A stretch of DNA of 63,904 nt, filler included, from Parasitella parasitica NRRL 2501 (lineage: Eukaryota; Fungi; Mucoromycota): NCBI GenBank assembly GCA_025201805.1. It is 8 parts of 8 records of this genome, joined end to end, with 100 filler letters (N's around TTAATTAATTAA, not from the genome) between each part and the next. Parts side by side here need not be neighbours in the genome. Positions count along the whole stretch, not along the records: positions 1 to 26,265 come from MU619304.1; 7 more parts are not named here. One strand, given 5' to 3'. How positions within the stretch are numbered: position 1 is the first letter of the stretch; the number at the start of each line of letters is the position of its first letter. Made by a program: the position numbers and the translations under genes. This document shows positions 10,500 through 24,278 of the stretch, piece after piece. Under the pieces are notes generated by a model. That model worked only from the letters and a program-made list of their open reading frames with translations, searched no databases and was not told the origin of the DNA.

Positions 10500-11682
10500 T
10501 CATTCAACTGCATCGCTGATGCCGTCCTCCAGGATGGCAAAAGTGCATTCACTCTCTGCCAATGAAGGCGAATCGTAGATTTTACAGATACGATTTTCAC
10601 CACGGCCTTTGCGCAGCTGCAGCCTTGTACATGAAGCATGAGCAATGATGTTTCCGCCTGCCGGTTTTTTGGGATCCGGATTGAACATGGAAGCTCCACC
10701 GTCCACCTGTGCCACGACCTGGTTGGTGATGACAACCGCCACGCCAAACTCATCTGCTAAACGCTGCAGTTGGCGAAGAAACTGTGCTAGATGCATCTGA
10801 CGTGCGGCCAGTTCTCCACGACCTGAAAAATCTGTGCGATAAAGTGCCATGGCTGAATCAACAATCAAAATGGAGAATCTTGCTTCGGACATCATGGCTG
10901 CAGCTTGGATTAAAAGCGATGTTTGGTGATCTGTGTTGTATGCACGAGCATAGGCAATGTTGTCTAGTGTTTCTTCGCCGTTCAACGAGTACTTGTTTGC
11001 GATAGAGAGAATACGGTTTGGTCGAAATGTGGCCTCGGTATCGATAAATAGACATTTGCCTTCTCCCCCTCCCATACTCACTGGTAATTGCGCAGTAACT
11101 GCCAATGTGTGACACAGCTGGCTCTTGCCTGTTCTGAATTCTCCAAACAGCTCTGTTATAGATCCTGTCTCAATGCCACCTAGCACAGCGGTTAGCTGCT
11201 GTGTTGAAGAGACTCCGTAGCAAATTTACCTCCCAAAATACGATCCAGTTCTGTGGAACCTGTTGTTATGGTTACAATTTCTTGTCGACGCTGATGCACA
11301 TCCATAGCCGTAGTAAATCCCAAATTAACGATTTTTGCGGCTGATTTGTGCGGATAAGTATTTGGATTGTCAAGTGTTTGCAGAAGGGGGGGGGGGGGAC
11401 AATGCCTACCTTCTGCGAGAATTCGATCTGCTTTTGTTTCTGATATTCCTTTGATATTGAGCAACGCTCTTTTTGTTGCATAGGCAACGGATTCAACGGT
11501 AAAGAAACCACCCTCCTTCAGTTTCTTTATATCAGTTGCTGAGATTCCAGAGCTCTGGGTAAAAGAAAAAAAAATCAACAACTTGAATGACTGGATACAT
11601 TGACAGTGTGTTCTCTGCTTACCTCTAATTTGGCAATTAACAAGTATCCAGTCTCTTCTTCCCCGCCTTGTGTTTGGGACAT
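10500..11682 (-). CDS. RAD51: DNA recombinase Rad51 (multi-exon)
   Basis: [52 protein letters not shown] at 11682. Confidence 0.97.
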
Positions 11683-11991
11683 GATAGTGCAAGCGTAATT
11701 CAACAAGAGAAAAGACAAAATTGGATTCGAGATGCGAGTGGCATCCCTTTCTCGTGTCTGCAAAGCGCGACTGTGAAAACATTCAGTGTTACAGGACCAT
11801 TTAACGAATCAAATGTTATCCATGATCCCTCAAAAGGAGATGAGGTTGTAAATGTTTATTTAAAGCCATAGTGACACGGCCATCAAAGGATTATGTGCAT
11901 TCCTACTGCGTAAACTACTCTTTGGATGGTGCATTTACTACCGTGTTTCCGCAAATAAAAGCACATTACTTGTACGCAATCAGACCTGTAC

Positions 11992-12032
11992 AAACAACAA
12001 CAACAACAACAACAACAACAAAAAAAAAAAAA
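11992..12032. repeat. (AAC)n microsatellite plus poly-A
   Basis: Seen directly in the sequence. Confidence 0.9.
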
Positions 12033-12052
12033 AGAGTTTATAATATACAAGT

Positions 12053-15000
12053 CTATTGTTTTTTTATAGTCTGAATCCATGGATGCTTTAAAGCGTCCAA
12101 CGGCTTCAACCTTTCCTCAGGCTCCCATGTGAGGCATTTACTAATAAAGTCTCCAAAATCTCGGTCAAAAGTGTCGTACGTCGATCGCTTGAGTGCTTCT
12201 GTGAACGTCTGTGAGTTGGGCCTTCTCTTCTTGCCTTTAGAGTTGATTGCTTTACGGGGCTGATCGTACGAATCTGTGGATTAGCCAGGCCAACATTAGT
12301 ACACTACAATCATGCATACATTGCTAATAGTCTATGGCACATACCAAAAAACTGCTTTTTCCTTGTGCACCGGTCTAAATAGTCTTTAGTTGGCACGCCT
12401 ATCAATTGCATAATACATGCTAATTGATCAGGCTCATTCTCACCCGGAAACAAGGGTTTCCCGGTGTATAGTTCTGCCAAGATACACCCTGTACTCCACA
12501 TATCGATGGGCAATCCATAATCTAGTCCAAGGATGACTTCAGGGGCACGGTAGAATCTACTTTGGATGTAGGTGTATACTTTTTCATTAGAATAGCATGA
12601 GCTGCCGTAATCAATTACTCGGATCCCACTGCGATCGGGTTGCTTTAGTAGGATATTCTCAGGCTTTAGATCACAGTGAATGACATTGTGTTCACTGAGA
12701 AGCTTTAACGAGGTCAGGATCTGGAAAGCAAACCTACACGACTTTGCCATCAGGTGCAAATAATAATCACAGCTTGTGTTCGTATTTACCTCTTTACTAA
12801 TCCCATACTAAATCCTTGATACGAATTTTGTTGAAGAATTTCGTATAAATTAAGGCTCAAGCATTCGAAAACTATGCATAAATGGTCTCTGAAATAGAAG
12901 CTATCCATCATCTTGACATTATAATGTTTATGCTTGGGATCCTATATGGAAGGCATAAATAAAAAAATAAAAAAAAAGTTTGGTTTCGCATGTTTCGCAT
13001 GCAAGTATACAATCATACCCATTTCATCAGCTTCTCCAGGATCCTCACTTCTGTTTGCGCTTGCGCATGAAATCTCTTTTTGTTTCGAATAATCTTGACG
13101 GCCACAAATTCACTGTCGCTTTGCTTGTGATCTTTGCATTTTACAACCTGTCCAAAGGATCCCTTTCCCAAACTTTCTACAATTTCATATCTATAATTCA
13201 AATGATCTCGGAGGGCAATGTGGTAATCACCCTTCTCGTCATCATAGCCATAGTTATGAGCTGTTTCGTCAGTTGACGCCTGATGCTTCTTTGCATGAGA
13301 GCCGACGTAATAAATAGCTGGGTATCGCATAATCTCTGTCCTTTCAAACGGTGACAGAAATGGTCTATATCGATTCAAAGCAGCTACAAGCATGCATATG
13401 ACGTTAATGCAAGCGTCCAAGCACCAAAACTAAGACACTTACTCTTTGCACTCATGACTTCTAAATTCCCATCCTCCTTTCTGTACTCTTCGACAGCTGG
13501 CTCATCATTGTGCTGCTGTTCCTCGCTCTCTGTTGGAATACAGACATCAACGAGGCACTGCAGCCTATCATGTATTTTATCCATCCGGGAATCATGCGAT
13601 GCAGTATGGTAGATGCCAAGTGGCGGAAATCCTTCTCTTGGATGATCCTCTATGACAAGATCATCAGGCTGGCTGATTAAACCTTGTGCTGAGATTAAGT
13701 TTGCACTGAGCCTTCTTGAGTTTTCCCTCTCTCTATCCAGTTGATCTTGTAGAATGTCAGTCGCTCCGGTTGGGAAAGAAGGCCGTCTTTGGTAGTTCAC
13801 AGAAACTTCCTTCCTTGAATTTGGCGGAAATTGTTTGATTGACTTTGGCACAACAACCTCTGGTTTCCTCAACTTGGTGGCAGGGGTTGTGGTCGTTGCA
13901 GTTGGTATGTTTGGCACCTGATTGATAGCAGTAGATCGTGTGATGTTCGCTGGTTCCTGAATTTGTTGTGTTTCATCTTTGGCGATTTTGCTGCTAGTAT
14001 TTTGCTGCTGCTGAACAGATTTTGGTAGTGGGATTCTGGTATTTGAGCTGCATGGTTTAATTGATGTCTTTTCTTGCTGGTGCTTCATCAAATCTCCAAT
14101 TGTGTTTGAATGTTCGGTCAAAGTTGCCTGATTAAAGAATTGAGAAATGAATGTCAGTACAGGAAGGGTCAAGTAAAAGAAAGAGAGAAAAGAAGCAATT
14201 TCAGTTTTGCCTTTGCTCTCTCCTCTTTTTCTTTTAAGAGGAAAAAAAAAATTAATAAATTTACATGATGGGCTCCTTTTTTAGAAGGTAGAAGAATAGT
14301 AGGTGACAAGGTCAAAAGGTCTTCTTTGGAATCGTCAATGTCAGGTATCGTTTTATTATTGCGCACAGGTGATATCAGTGGATCAAATTCAGCCAAGTCT
14401 CGGTTTGCCTTTCCTGATTCTCGAGGAATAGGCTTGACAAGCCTAGCTATAGACGTATGTCGAACACGTCTACCGGGCGAGGAGGGTGGTGTTGGGCCTA
14501 GTTGTTTAGATGGTGTAGCAGATGTTGCCGCAGAAGAAGAAAGACCAACGGTAACAAGTGAGAAAGTGGTAGTATTGGTGGCAATGAGAGTGGGATTAGT
14601 AGGATTATTAGATGAATTAGTGGTTGGAGATACGCTCTCTGTCGATTGCGTATAGTTGGCTGATTTACGGGGCGTAGGAAGTCGAGTAGGCATCGCTTTA
14701 GTCGGTGATTTGGTGTCCACAACAGCAGCACCATCTACGCTCAAAGGTTGCTTTTGTGGTTTTTGTAATGGATCAAACTCGTGTAGCGATAAAGTAAGCG
14801 ATGTGCTGCAATCATTCTTGTCCAGCAAGTTGACGCTATTCTTGTTGCTCTCATGTAACGAATCACAAGGTTTTCTCTGGCTGATAACGTTTGGTTGAAC
14901 ACATGGATATTCTGTCATGTCTAGTAGATTAGCTGAAGCTCTTCTATTTCTGGCTGATTTTTCAATTTGCGGTTCTCCTTGACATGCCTCCTCTAGGCTT

Positions 15001-15086
15001 CCTGTGTATGTATTTTCTTCTTCTTCTTCTTCATCAGTAGATTCAAGGTAATTGATATTCTTTAGCTGGTTCCTATAGCTAGACAT
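12053..15086 (-). CDS. DYRK-family dual-specificity kinase (class 2/Pom1-like) with a long disordered N-terminus (multi-exon)
   Basis: DH box [48 protein letters not shown]. Start codon uncertain. Confidence 0.9.
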
Positions 15087-17169
15087 ACTTTTCGGTTTTA
15101 GGACACATGAAAATGTTAGCAAAAGTGATGATGAGCAAACATCTGATTTTCATTTTACCTAAATATTTACAGTATATAAATCCTGGAGATTGCAGTGAGT
15201 ATAAATAAAGCAAAAAGGCAGAAAGGCTACAATAAGGTTAGAACTAGTCTTGGAGCATAGCAAAAGATACAAGACTTTACACTTTATTTTGAAAGTAAGC
15301 AATAGGACCTTATTATATGCGATGATATTTATGAAAAAAAAAAAAAAAAAAAAAAAGAGATGTGAAAAGGGATCCCTTGTTTTATGCTGTTTTAAAATAT
15401 GGTGGAAACATAAGACATCACACTACATGCACCTCAATATTATCACACTTACTAATTGTGTAGTCTCATCCGTTGATTGTGCACTGCAAATACATCAAAC
15501 TCAATTGTTTGTTTATAAATGCGTGCAGGAGGCCAAGAATAATGAAAAGTTAATAAAGGGATACCAGCATGTTTATTAAAAAGAAGTAAAACAACATCTA
15601 CAAAGAGGTGCTGTTCTTTCGAGATTTGCTGCTTTGAAAATCCCTTATGCATCGACTATCGATACATGAGCACAGATATTTCAGACTACAAAGCTATGTA
15701 AGGAGCCCGTACCTTCTAAATAAGAAATAAAGTGTGCATTGAGCCGTTGAACTGCCATGCTTGATTCATTTCATACAAAGAATATATCGTCTTTCCGTAT
15801 GCTACATGAATGTAATATACTCCGGGTTTTATGTAACATGCTGTGTAACAATTCCAATACTTTTATGGTGTTCATCAAATAAATCCTCTCCAACACATCA
15901 GCAAGAGGTCTATAGAAGGGATTACATCTGCACTTTCTGTGGTACATATTTGAGGAACTATAGCAAAAATAAGACCAAGTTTCTTTGCAGATATTTCCAT
16001 CATTTTACAAATATAAAACAGAACTTTATAAGAAAGAATTTATTGACAAGAGATGGCTAATTTTCCATCGTCTGTCACCAAGATTAGACACTGAACTCGA
16101 TATCACATAACTTCTATATCATAGCAGTTTATTTTTTTGTCATTCCAAGTCTTGCTTAATCCTAAGCTTTTCTGGCACAACAATTGCATTTTATATCAAG
16201 GTTATCTCGTCTTAATAAAACCACCTGTTATAGTTTGCCGTATTATGCTAAGCTAGCATTACGTTGGCAGGTTTAAACATAAAATTGCAATATATGGCAC
16301 TTTTGAAGATTTGTAGTGTATATTAAGCGAAAGTCTCTACGCTATGTTTATAAAATGTTAATGCTCTTACGCAGAAAATATATCAAACATGAGGAATCAT
16401 CTTGGCTGAATGCAATTATCTCTTAAAGTACACCATTTTGATCTAACATAATGGTGTGCAAAGGATAGCAAGATTCCATCCAAATGCCATGTTCTTTGTA
16501 CTGATAGCTATGGTTTTATACTGACATCAATTCCATGAGCCAGATTGATATGTCACATTGCTTATTTTCTTACTTTATGATTAACTCTACTGAGATTATT
16601 TGTTCCATAAATCTAACAGACTATAGTTTTTTTTTTTTTTTCTTATAGTAGAGTAATTCCAAATGTGGTAGGTGCTTGGATGCCTGTAGGATTTCGTTGT
16701 GTGCTTGATATAATAATGTATGTACTACCCGTTTTACAAGCTCTAATAGACCCTTTTATGCAGATACATGTTAAATAATAACAACAACAAAAAAATCATC
16801 CAGATCAACTATTGACAGGCTTGGAATATCCTGACCGAGAAGATGTGATATGAAAAAGGCAAGGGAATTAATTGGCTTTATGAACGTATAAATATACCTT
16901 TGCGGGTGGTTCTATAAAAATGAGGACCTCCTTTAATGATATAATGCATTTATTCCGGTTCCTTTCTTTTTTTTTATTAGCAAAGACAATGACATGGTTC
17001 CTTTATATAACGCATTATATGAAACAATCAAAGCAATAGCGATCGCAAGACTGGCTTTTAATAGATGAGCCAAAGTCTTCTTATAGAGCACATACCCTTT
17101 CTCTTTCTCTCCCTTCCCGCCGCCCCCTCTTCTTTCCCTTATATAATTCATTTAGAAGACAAGAGAGAT

Positions 17170-18374
17170 ATGCAGAATCGTATAACCAAAACATGCCAGA
17201 TGAAAAAGAACAAGCGAGCCGATAAATTACGTGATTTGCTTCAATTAACACCATTTGACTCTATTCTACTTGATGCTTGTGCTAGAAAGCCGCTCAGCGA
17301 TGGTAAAATTTACTCTGCTTACACGGTGAGGTACATACGAAAACTAACCTTGCGCAAAGTTCAAATATTGCTAGAGGCGTCGCCAGGAGCCAATCCAGAT
17401 ACCATCCGAGATAAATATTTGCGAACACCATTACATATAGCCTGTGGCCGAAAAGATGATTTCGAAAATGCGACGAGTATAGCAAAATTATTGATTACAG
17501 CAGGATCTGACATAAATAATGGAGTTGGTGATGTAGATGGGCTTCAGCCATTGCACATGGGTAAGTATTCTATGGGTGGTTTTTCAGGGAATATAGGGGA
17601 AACATTGAACTTTCCATGTAGCTGTACTTGCGGGAAATCATCAATGCGTATTGATGCTGTTACACGAAGGTTGGTATGTTTAAAAACAAAAAAATTAGGT
17701 GACATTGAGCGCTTTAAACGTTTAAAACTGATGCTTGCATTAGGTGCGACCATACCATCAGCGGATCCGTTTCGCCTTACACCTTTACTTTTGGCAAAGT
17801 TGAAGCTGGATAATCTCCGGCATGCGCAACAGGCTATTCACAACACAGATGACGACGAGAGTCAGAGGATGTCAGAAAGTGCGAAAAGTCAATATGACGA
17901 CCTAAAATCTGTAAGTATGGTTCCTTTTTTTTTTTTTTTTTTTTGTGGTGCAAGTAGTCGTAATTAGGGTTACTTTTGAACCGCTGCGACCTTTTGGTTT
18001 TTATTATTGAATTATTGAATTATTGAATCTTGTAAGAGTAATCCCATGTTTCAACTAGGTTTTCTTTAACACAAGTATTGCAGATAACGCAGGTCTTGGT
18101 GTCTCATCTGGCAAATAAGCACATTACAACATTTGGACTGCCATCGTACGACACTTCAGGATACCATGGATTATCAGATTTCCTGTTCTCAAAGCAATCG
18201 GACGAAGAACTAAGCGATACAATATCATCGATTACAGACAAGCTGGCTTTGATAGGCATGAATGATGGAGAAGCAGACGAGAAGATTATTCAAGATTCAG
18301 TTAATGGACTAATAGAGAAAGTTAAAAAACTGGGCATCAATGAAGCCATAAATAAACACCATGATGAACTTTGA
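17170..18374 (+). CDS. Ankyrin-repeat protein (multi-exon)
   Basis: RTPLHIAC, LQPLHM and LTPLLLA motifs, with GT..AG introns joining the ORF pieces. Confidence 0.8.
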
Positions 18375-18501
18375 TTAAAACACAGCATTACTACACAACA
18401 ATGGTGGTCTTTACGCCACGTTTTTTTCCTTTGCTTTTTTGCCTCTTTTTTTTCTTTCTCTACATACTTGTACATAGCAAACAAAATACGCACTATTCAA
18501 A

Positions 18502-19542
18502 ATGAAGATGACAGGCTGGCAAACACGTCTGGCCTTCCCGGTGATTCCCAAGGAGCAATGGGAATTTCCTACTATGCCTCCTGAACCGCGAAATGATGAT
18601 CCGCCAGCAAAAAGAGTGCGTTTGGACGACCAACAGTCTTCAGCAATCATTGAAAAACAAGTAGTTGTCCGAATAGAAAAGCCTAGTCCAGAGCCTAGTC
18701 CAAAGCCTAGTCCAAAGCCAAGTCAAAAGCCCGATAAGCCCAAGCGTAAAGGCGCAGATACTGGTAGAAGGAAATCAAATGCACCAAATAAAGATAAAGC
18801 ACTAGCTATTAAGGCTAGCACACCTAGGCCTATTGCTGCTGCTGCTGCTCCATCATCTGCCACGAATCAAGACCAGGACGATGAGCTTGTTTACATAAAA
18901 AGCGAAGAGACCGAGCAGACCATGCCAATCATATGCAAGTATTATGCGAATAATAATGTATTAATAGAACCGCGTTGAATGCTTAAATTCCTCTTCTTGT
19001 ACCTAGTGCCCGATCCTAATGATCAAAACTATTACTGTTGTGCATGCAATTTACAAAAAGCATCACGAGCATCCTACCGATCTCATTTAAAGAATTTCCA
19101 CAAGATGCCACTAACACCACTGCAGCCGCCCTTGTTCACTGAAGCCTCGCCTAGGCTCCCCAACCTCTACGACGCTAATTTTTATTGTCGTGTCTGCGAG
19201 AGAAAGTTCAAAGACTCTGTAGCTTACCGCCGGCATTGTGGAAAATATCATGGAATGCTAATAGGTCGCACGCCGACTGTCCCAGACCCCAACATTATCC
19301 CAGATCCAGACGACCCACTAAACTACTGTCAAGCATGCAACAGATCTTATGAAGTGAGATCGATTTTTCGAGATCATCTACGTCGAGTTCACAAAATGGC
19401 CTTGGCACCTGTCTGCAACCCAGCTAATCTCGATAGATCCAGCGGATTTGTCTGTAGGTTTTGCCTTGAAACGTTCAAAGAGGGGAAGGTGTATGGGGTA
19501 CATTTGCAGGCTAAACACCAGGGCAAATTAGAAAAGAGATGA
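18502..19542 (+). CDS. C2H2 zinc-finger protein (4 fingers, one intron)
   Basis: Four CxxC-x12-H-x4-H units with PDPND-like linkers. Confidence 0.85.
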
Positions 19543-20201
19543 AATGTATCGATGCTTTGAAAAAAAGAAAAAAGAAAAGAAAAACGTGGTCTATGGATAA
19601 TTATGTTGCATAATAAAAATGAGCTACTCGGTGCATTTTGCTCTCTTTAAAGATGCTATTCATCTCTGGCTTGATGAACAATGTATCTAACCAAGTGCAT
19701 AGATAATACAGAGCGTATCTTGGAACCCGCCCTTCGTAGGCCATAAGTGCACCGTGCGTCGCAATAGACGATTTGACCGCATAGTAAAAAGATAAACACA
19801 TGCATTTCAGTACTACATGTAGCGCACTAAAGGCATATAATCACACTGACATGATGCCTTCCTTGCGACATCATTTTGGCAAAATGTGCACATGTAACGA
19901 AATGAGTCAGGTGGTACCATATATGATTATTCTCCTAAACGGCGTTGATCTCCCCTTAATGTAGACAGTAGTAGATAAGTGACGTGGACTTGACAATGCA
20001 TCTGCTGCTGTAGCATTAGCAAATGGGTTGCACAGTGACAAATACAGTAATATAAATGAGAAAGTGCCTTTATCTCTTCTCTATTTCCTTTTTCTTCCAA
20101 TTTATTCGCTTTCTCTGCTTTACTTCTAGAAAACCACTTTAAAAATATTTGAGGTGATTTGAACAATTTGTTTTTACTAGTAGTTATTCATGAAAAAGTA
20201 G

Positions 20202-21418
20202 ATGATTTTCGACGAGAATGCCCAGGTACAGTGGTGCTGATTGTGTGATTTTACAGAGAAATACTAACAGTTAGAGAATACAGCTGTCTTCTTCCTGTGA
20301 TTCAAAGTCCTCCTCTCATTACAATATCTGGGCAATGAGACAAAGAAAAGGTACATTGTTTATACACATATTAATAATTTCGCATAATAATCAATTGCAA
20401 ACAATAGAATCTGATATTGAGAATCGATATTACTATCGTGAAAAGGTATGGCATTCAAAAAGGAGGAAGAGCTATACATGTTAGGAGACTTATACGAGCC
20501 AAAATCCCTTAATTTAGCTATGTACTTCTCATTCAACACCCATCGCCAATAGCAACACGTACTATCTACAGCAGGAGGAAGAAGAGCAAAGCTATTCGTT
20601 TAAAGAGAAGAACCAGTTTTTAAAGGAAATCAGCCAAGTTCGACAAGACATTGTCCGCTTTAGAACTGAAATGAATGGACTAGCGAAACAGATGGATGGC
20701 ATGGAGATCGACCTGAACCATTCAAAAAAAAAAAAAAAGAAAGCCCCCCCCCAAAAGATAACCCGCGCACTGACATGACATCCTGCTTGAATAGATGAAA
20801 TCGAAAAGGGTTTGACAGCGACGCAGGAAGTCAACGTTAACCTTCAGGTTCTGCTGGAGAAAGCTGTAAATAGTCAAAGAGAATCAGATGTGTATGCAAC
20901 GCGGGCGATGCGACACATCCACATAAATTTAGCCACCGTAAGTCGTTGTTATGCATTACAAGGCGCAACTAAATATTCACACACAACGCATTTTGCAGGT
21001 TGTGTACGAAACTGGTCAATTAAGAGGTCGGCTAACGTCAATTGCAGACTATCAAAAGCAGCACCAAGGCAATGTGAGTGATATGGCAGAACGAATGCGC
21101 GAATACACCAATATGCTCGAACAAGCTCAGGGCACGATACAATCCTTGCAAGAGCCGAGCAACAGAATCCGTCTGCTGCTGTCGCCAGAGCCAGAAGATG
21201 TGATGAACTCATTGGATATAAAATCGAGTTCCAACGACATCAAAGACCTCTATAGACATCGCATCATACGAAAGCGAGCATCAAACCCTGAAGTTACAAC
21301 GTTTTCGGCCCCAGTTGTCCTGAATCGAAAAAAACAGGCTTGGCTTCCTCAAAAAGGGCTAAGAATCTTACTAAACGACTATGATGATCATGTTGTACAA
21401 AATACCCTTTTTCAATAA
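20202..21418 (+). CDS. Hypothetical coiled-coil protein (multi-exon)
   Basis: Exon-like segments with GT/AG borders and heptad-rich peptides (NVNLQVLLEKAV, MAERMREYTNMLEQAQ). Confidence 0.55.
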
Positions 21419-22383
21419 ATAAAAATCCTGCTTTTCTTGTCGTATTCACTGCCTTTTTTTTTTCCAAAAAATGAGAGAAAGTTTCAGTTTCATGAAAAAA
21501 AAAAAAAAAAGCATGCAAATTATTGGGAAAAATTAAATATGTAATGAGGATAGGAAGACTGACAAGAGGGTTTACCCTTGTGATGCTTTGAAATGCATAT
21601 AAAACGGAGTATACTTCATCCTCCTCCTATGGATTTAGATATCATGCATTTTATCTTCCATCTAACAGAAAGAAGTAATATGAGCCAAAACAAACAAGTC
21701 CATACTTTTTACCTTTAAAAATTATCAACGTATCTCTTTTTATATCTAGGTGCTAGACAATTTTTTTTAAAATTCTAGTAACAACATCATTAACGAGATA
21801 CTCGATCTCGTTCCTCATCTTCAGTTCCATATTTCCATTTAGACATCTGACAAAATACGCCTATCGTAATGCGAGTGTAATAAATTACCAAGCAAAGAGA
21901 TGTGTTTGCCGAATTTTAACAAGCATAAAGAACATAATAAACCATACGTAAAGTAAGCATAATAAGAAACTTGATTTTGGATTTTGAGTTGCGATGAATA
22001 AGTTACGTGCAATATTTTGGTATCCAAACCATTACTTGTATATAGGAGACACGCTCTGGCTCAAGTCAATCTGATTTAGCTTATGTCCCTTCAAGTCATA
22101 TTCAAAAACGAATGAGCCATAAGCGGTTGCTGCTTAAGCGATCTGTGCAACGTAAATTTAAGCTTGCATATACTAGATACAATATTGATTTAGTGAAAGT
22201 TTAGACATATTTTGTATGATTTACTTGTCTATTATCAATTCAATTATTCAATTAATCAAAGACGCGCTTAATTTATGTTTAAAAGCAAAAGTTCTTGAAC
22301 TATATCTTTCTGCCTATTCTTTTCTTTGTACGCATTATTTTATTTAGTAAATTTCATATATAACTCTACATAGTATTATCCCC

Positions 22384-23541
22384 ATGTCTCAAAGTATAAA
22401 AGGATTCATCAGAAATAAAAAAATAAAAATTAATTCAAGGGATCCATTTTTTTTAATATTTTAAAGACGCTATCATTATCCTAGGCTAGATCATTTACTC
22501 AGTATATTTATCTGCCAACTATCTACACCACCGACTCCATTGATGAAAGATTATGTTAAATTATTGAAAATTTAGTCGATAGCACTTTAAAGAAATGGAA
22601 TGAATTATAATCGTTGATAAGACTAGAACGAAGAGTTCATCAGCAGCGGTGTGCTCTTCAAACTACTGATATTACTAATTCGGATTAAATCAATGCAAGG
22701 ATATGCTAATTAATTGGGTCAGGGAATTGATATTCACGCATCAGAAATATCATCACCAAAAGCAATCAGTATATTGTGGATGTACTTGGTCGATTGGACG
22801 GAATTCTGTCATTTTATGATCTTGACGTTCAACGGTGAAAGTTCTTCAGCTACTGCGATCATCAAAAGGTACATAATTAGCCCGTGAATATTTTCTTAGC
22901 CGGTGGAAGGAAATACAATCCTTATGCCGCTCATCAATTTAGTTGAAATGTTGCAGATGTTCGTACCAATCCGGATGATTTGCTCAACAGGAAGCGAACA
23001 AGAAGAACGCCGCCGCATGCAGAGACGTTAATTAAACCGTCAGCAACTAAAAGATAAGTTTCAGACATTTCTTGCATGTTTGCGGTATACTCTCTTTATT
23101 AAAACTATTGCAGATACAGATGGAGGAAGCTTGAATTCCTGCCAATCCCTGAAAATGCGGTTCCTGTCGTATGTCTAAGCGATCATAATTTTGAAAAAGA
23201 ATAATTCGTGTACGCCCGCATGGGTCGGCAAGGACCTTTAAGAAGCTATCGCACGAAGCTGTCATTTTCTGCCAATAGGTATCAATGAATGTTATACAAG
23301 TATATAAAGCGGTCGCGGGAGGAATTAACATGGAATTCTGAAACTTGCGAGCAGCAGAGCATCTACCTTGCATTCTGTCCTAGTCTGTAAAAACTGTAGA
23401 CGTGTATGGCATCGAGATGTGAACGCTGTGTGCAACATTCAGGTTTTGGCAATGATAGGGTTTCTCAATGAAAATCTCAAAGTATTCCATTACCTTGAGT
23501 ATCAAAAACTCGCGACGGTTAGTCCGCGTGAGTATACTTGA
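22384..23541 (+). pseudogene. Decayed Fanzor/TnpB-like RuvC nuclease
   Basis: Manual translation gives INECYTS at 23281-23301 (RuvC-II-like) and LHSVLVCKNCRRVWHRDVNAVCNIQ from 23368 (Zn finger plus RuvC-III) in one frame with internal stops. The 5' limit is uncertain. Confidence 0.75.
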
Positions 23542-23789
23542 AAAGGGAGGGATTTTAGTACTATGACTAACGCTTAATTATGTGAATGTCCTTATTCATT
23601 TACCAACTTTTCTCATTTACTATTTCCTGTTTCCCAATAACTTGAAATTTTTTCCCATTTTCCTGAAATAGACAGTATTAGATACCATGATTCAATGCAT
23701 GATTTCTATTCCTTTCTTTCTCGTTTTCACCTCTCTTTCTTATCTCCTTCTTCTCTTCTCAACAAATATACACCGTGTATCGTAAACAA

Positions 23790-24008
23790 ATGGCAAGCAA
23801 CAGAACGAAAGGTGTAGCCGGTCAATCGCCTATCATTATGGGTGCCCTTATTTTAGTACTGGACATTTGGATAATATATAGCGCCATTGTGTCATCAAGG
23901 TCCATTGCGTTCAAATTGGGCTGGACTATCACCATGGTTATGTTTCCATTCGGCGGATTGATGCTCTACTTACCCTTTTCCATATTAAACTCTTTAACGG
24001 AACAATAA
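23790..24008 (+). CDS. Small 2-TM protein, PLDc N-terminal-like
   Basis: LILVLDIWIIY...KLGW...FPFGGLMLYL pattern. Confidence 0.6.
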   Translation: MASNRTKGVAGQSPIIMGALILVLDIWIIYSAIVSSRSIAFKLGWTITMVMFPFGGLMLYLPFSILNSLTEQ

Positions 24009-24278
24009 AACCATGTATTTTCTCAAGCATTTTCTTGTACCAGGTCGATGATGTGAAAATCCCAAGATAATTAGTATATAAACAGCTGATACATATTACA
24101 ACAAACAAATACATCAAGTTTTAATATGCTACAACTGTTTTATTTTTAATATATATATATAAAATACTCTAAAAAAATCAATAAAATGAACGTAATTGTG
24201 TGAGAAAATGAATATAAACGGTAGGGATAATAAGAGAGGGAAAGCAAAATGTTGTCTAATGGAAGCGCAATAATTCAT

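Noticed and set aside
15250-16900. Short ORFs in an AT-rich intergenic region (also 45000-45900 and 62400-63900)
   Set aside because: No recognisable motifs or coding character.
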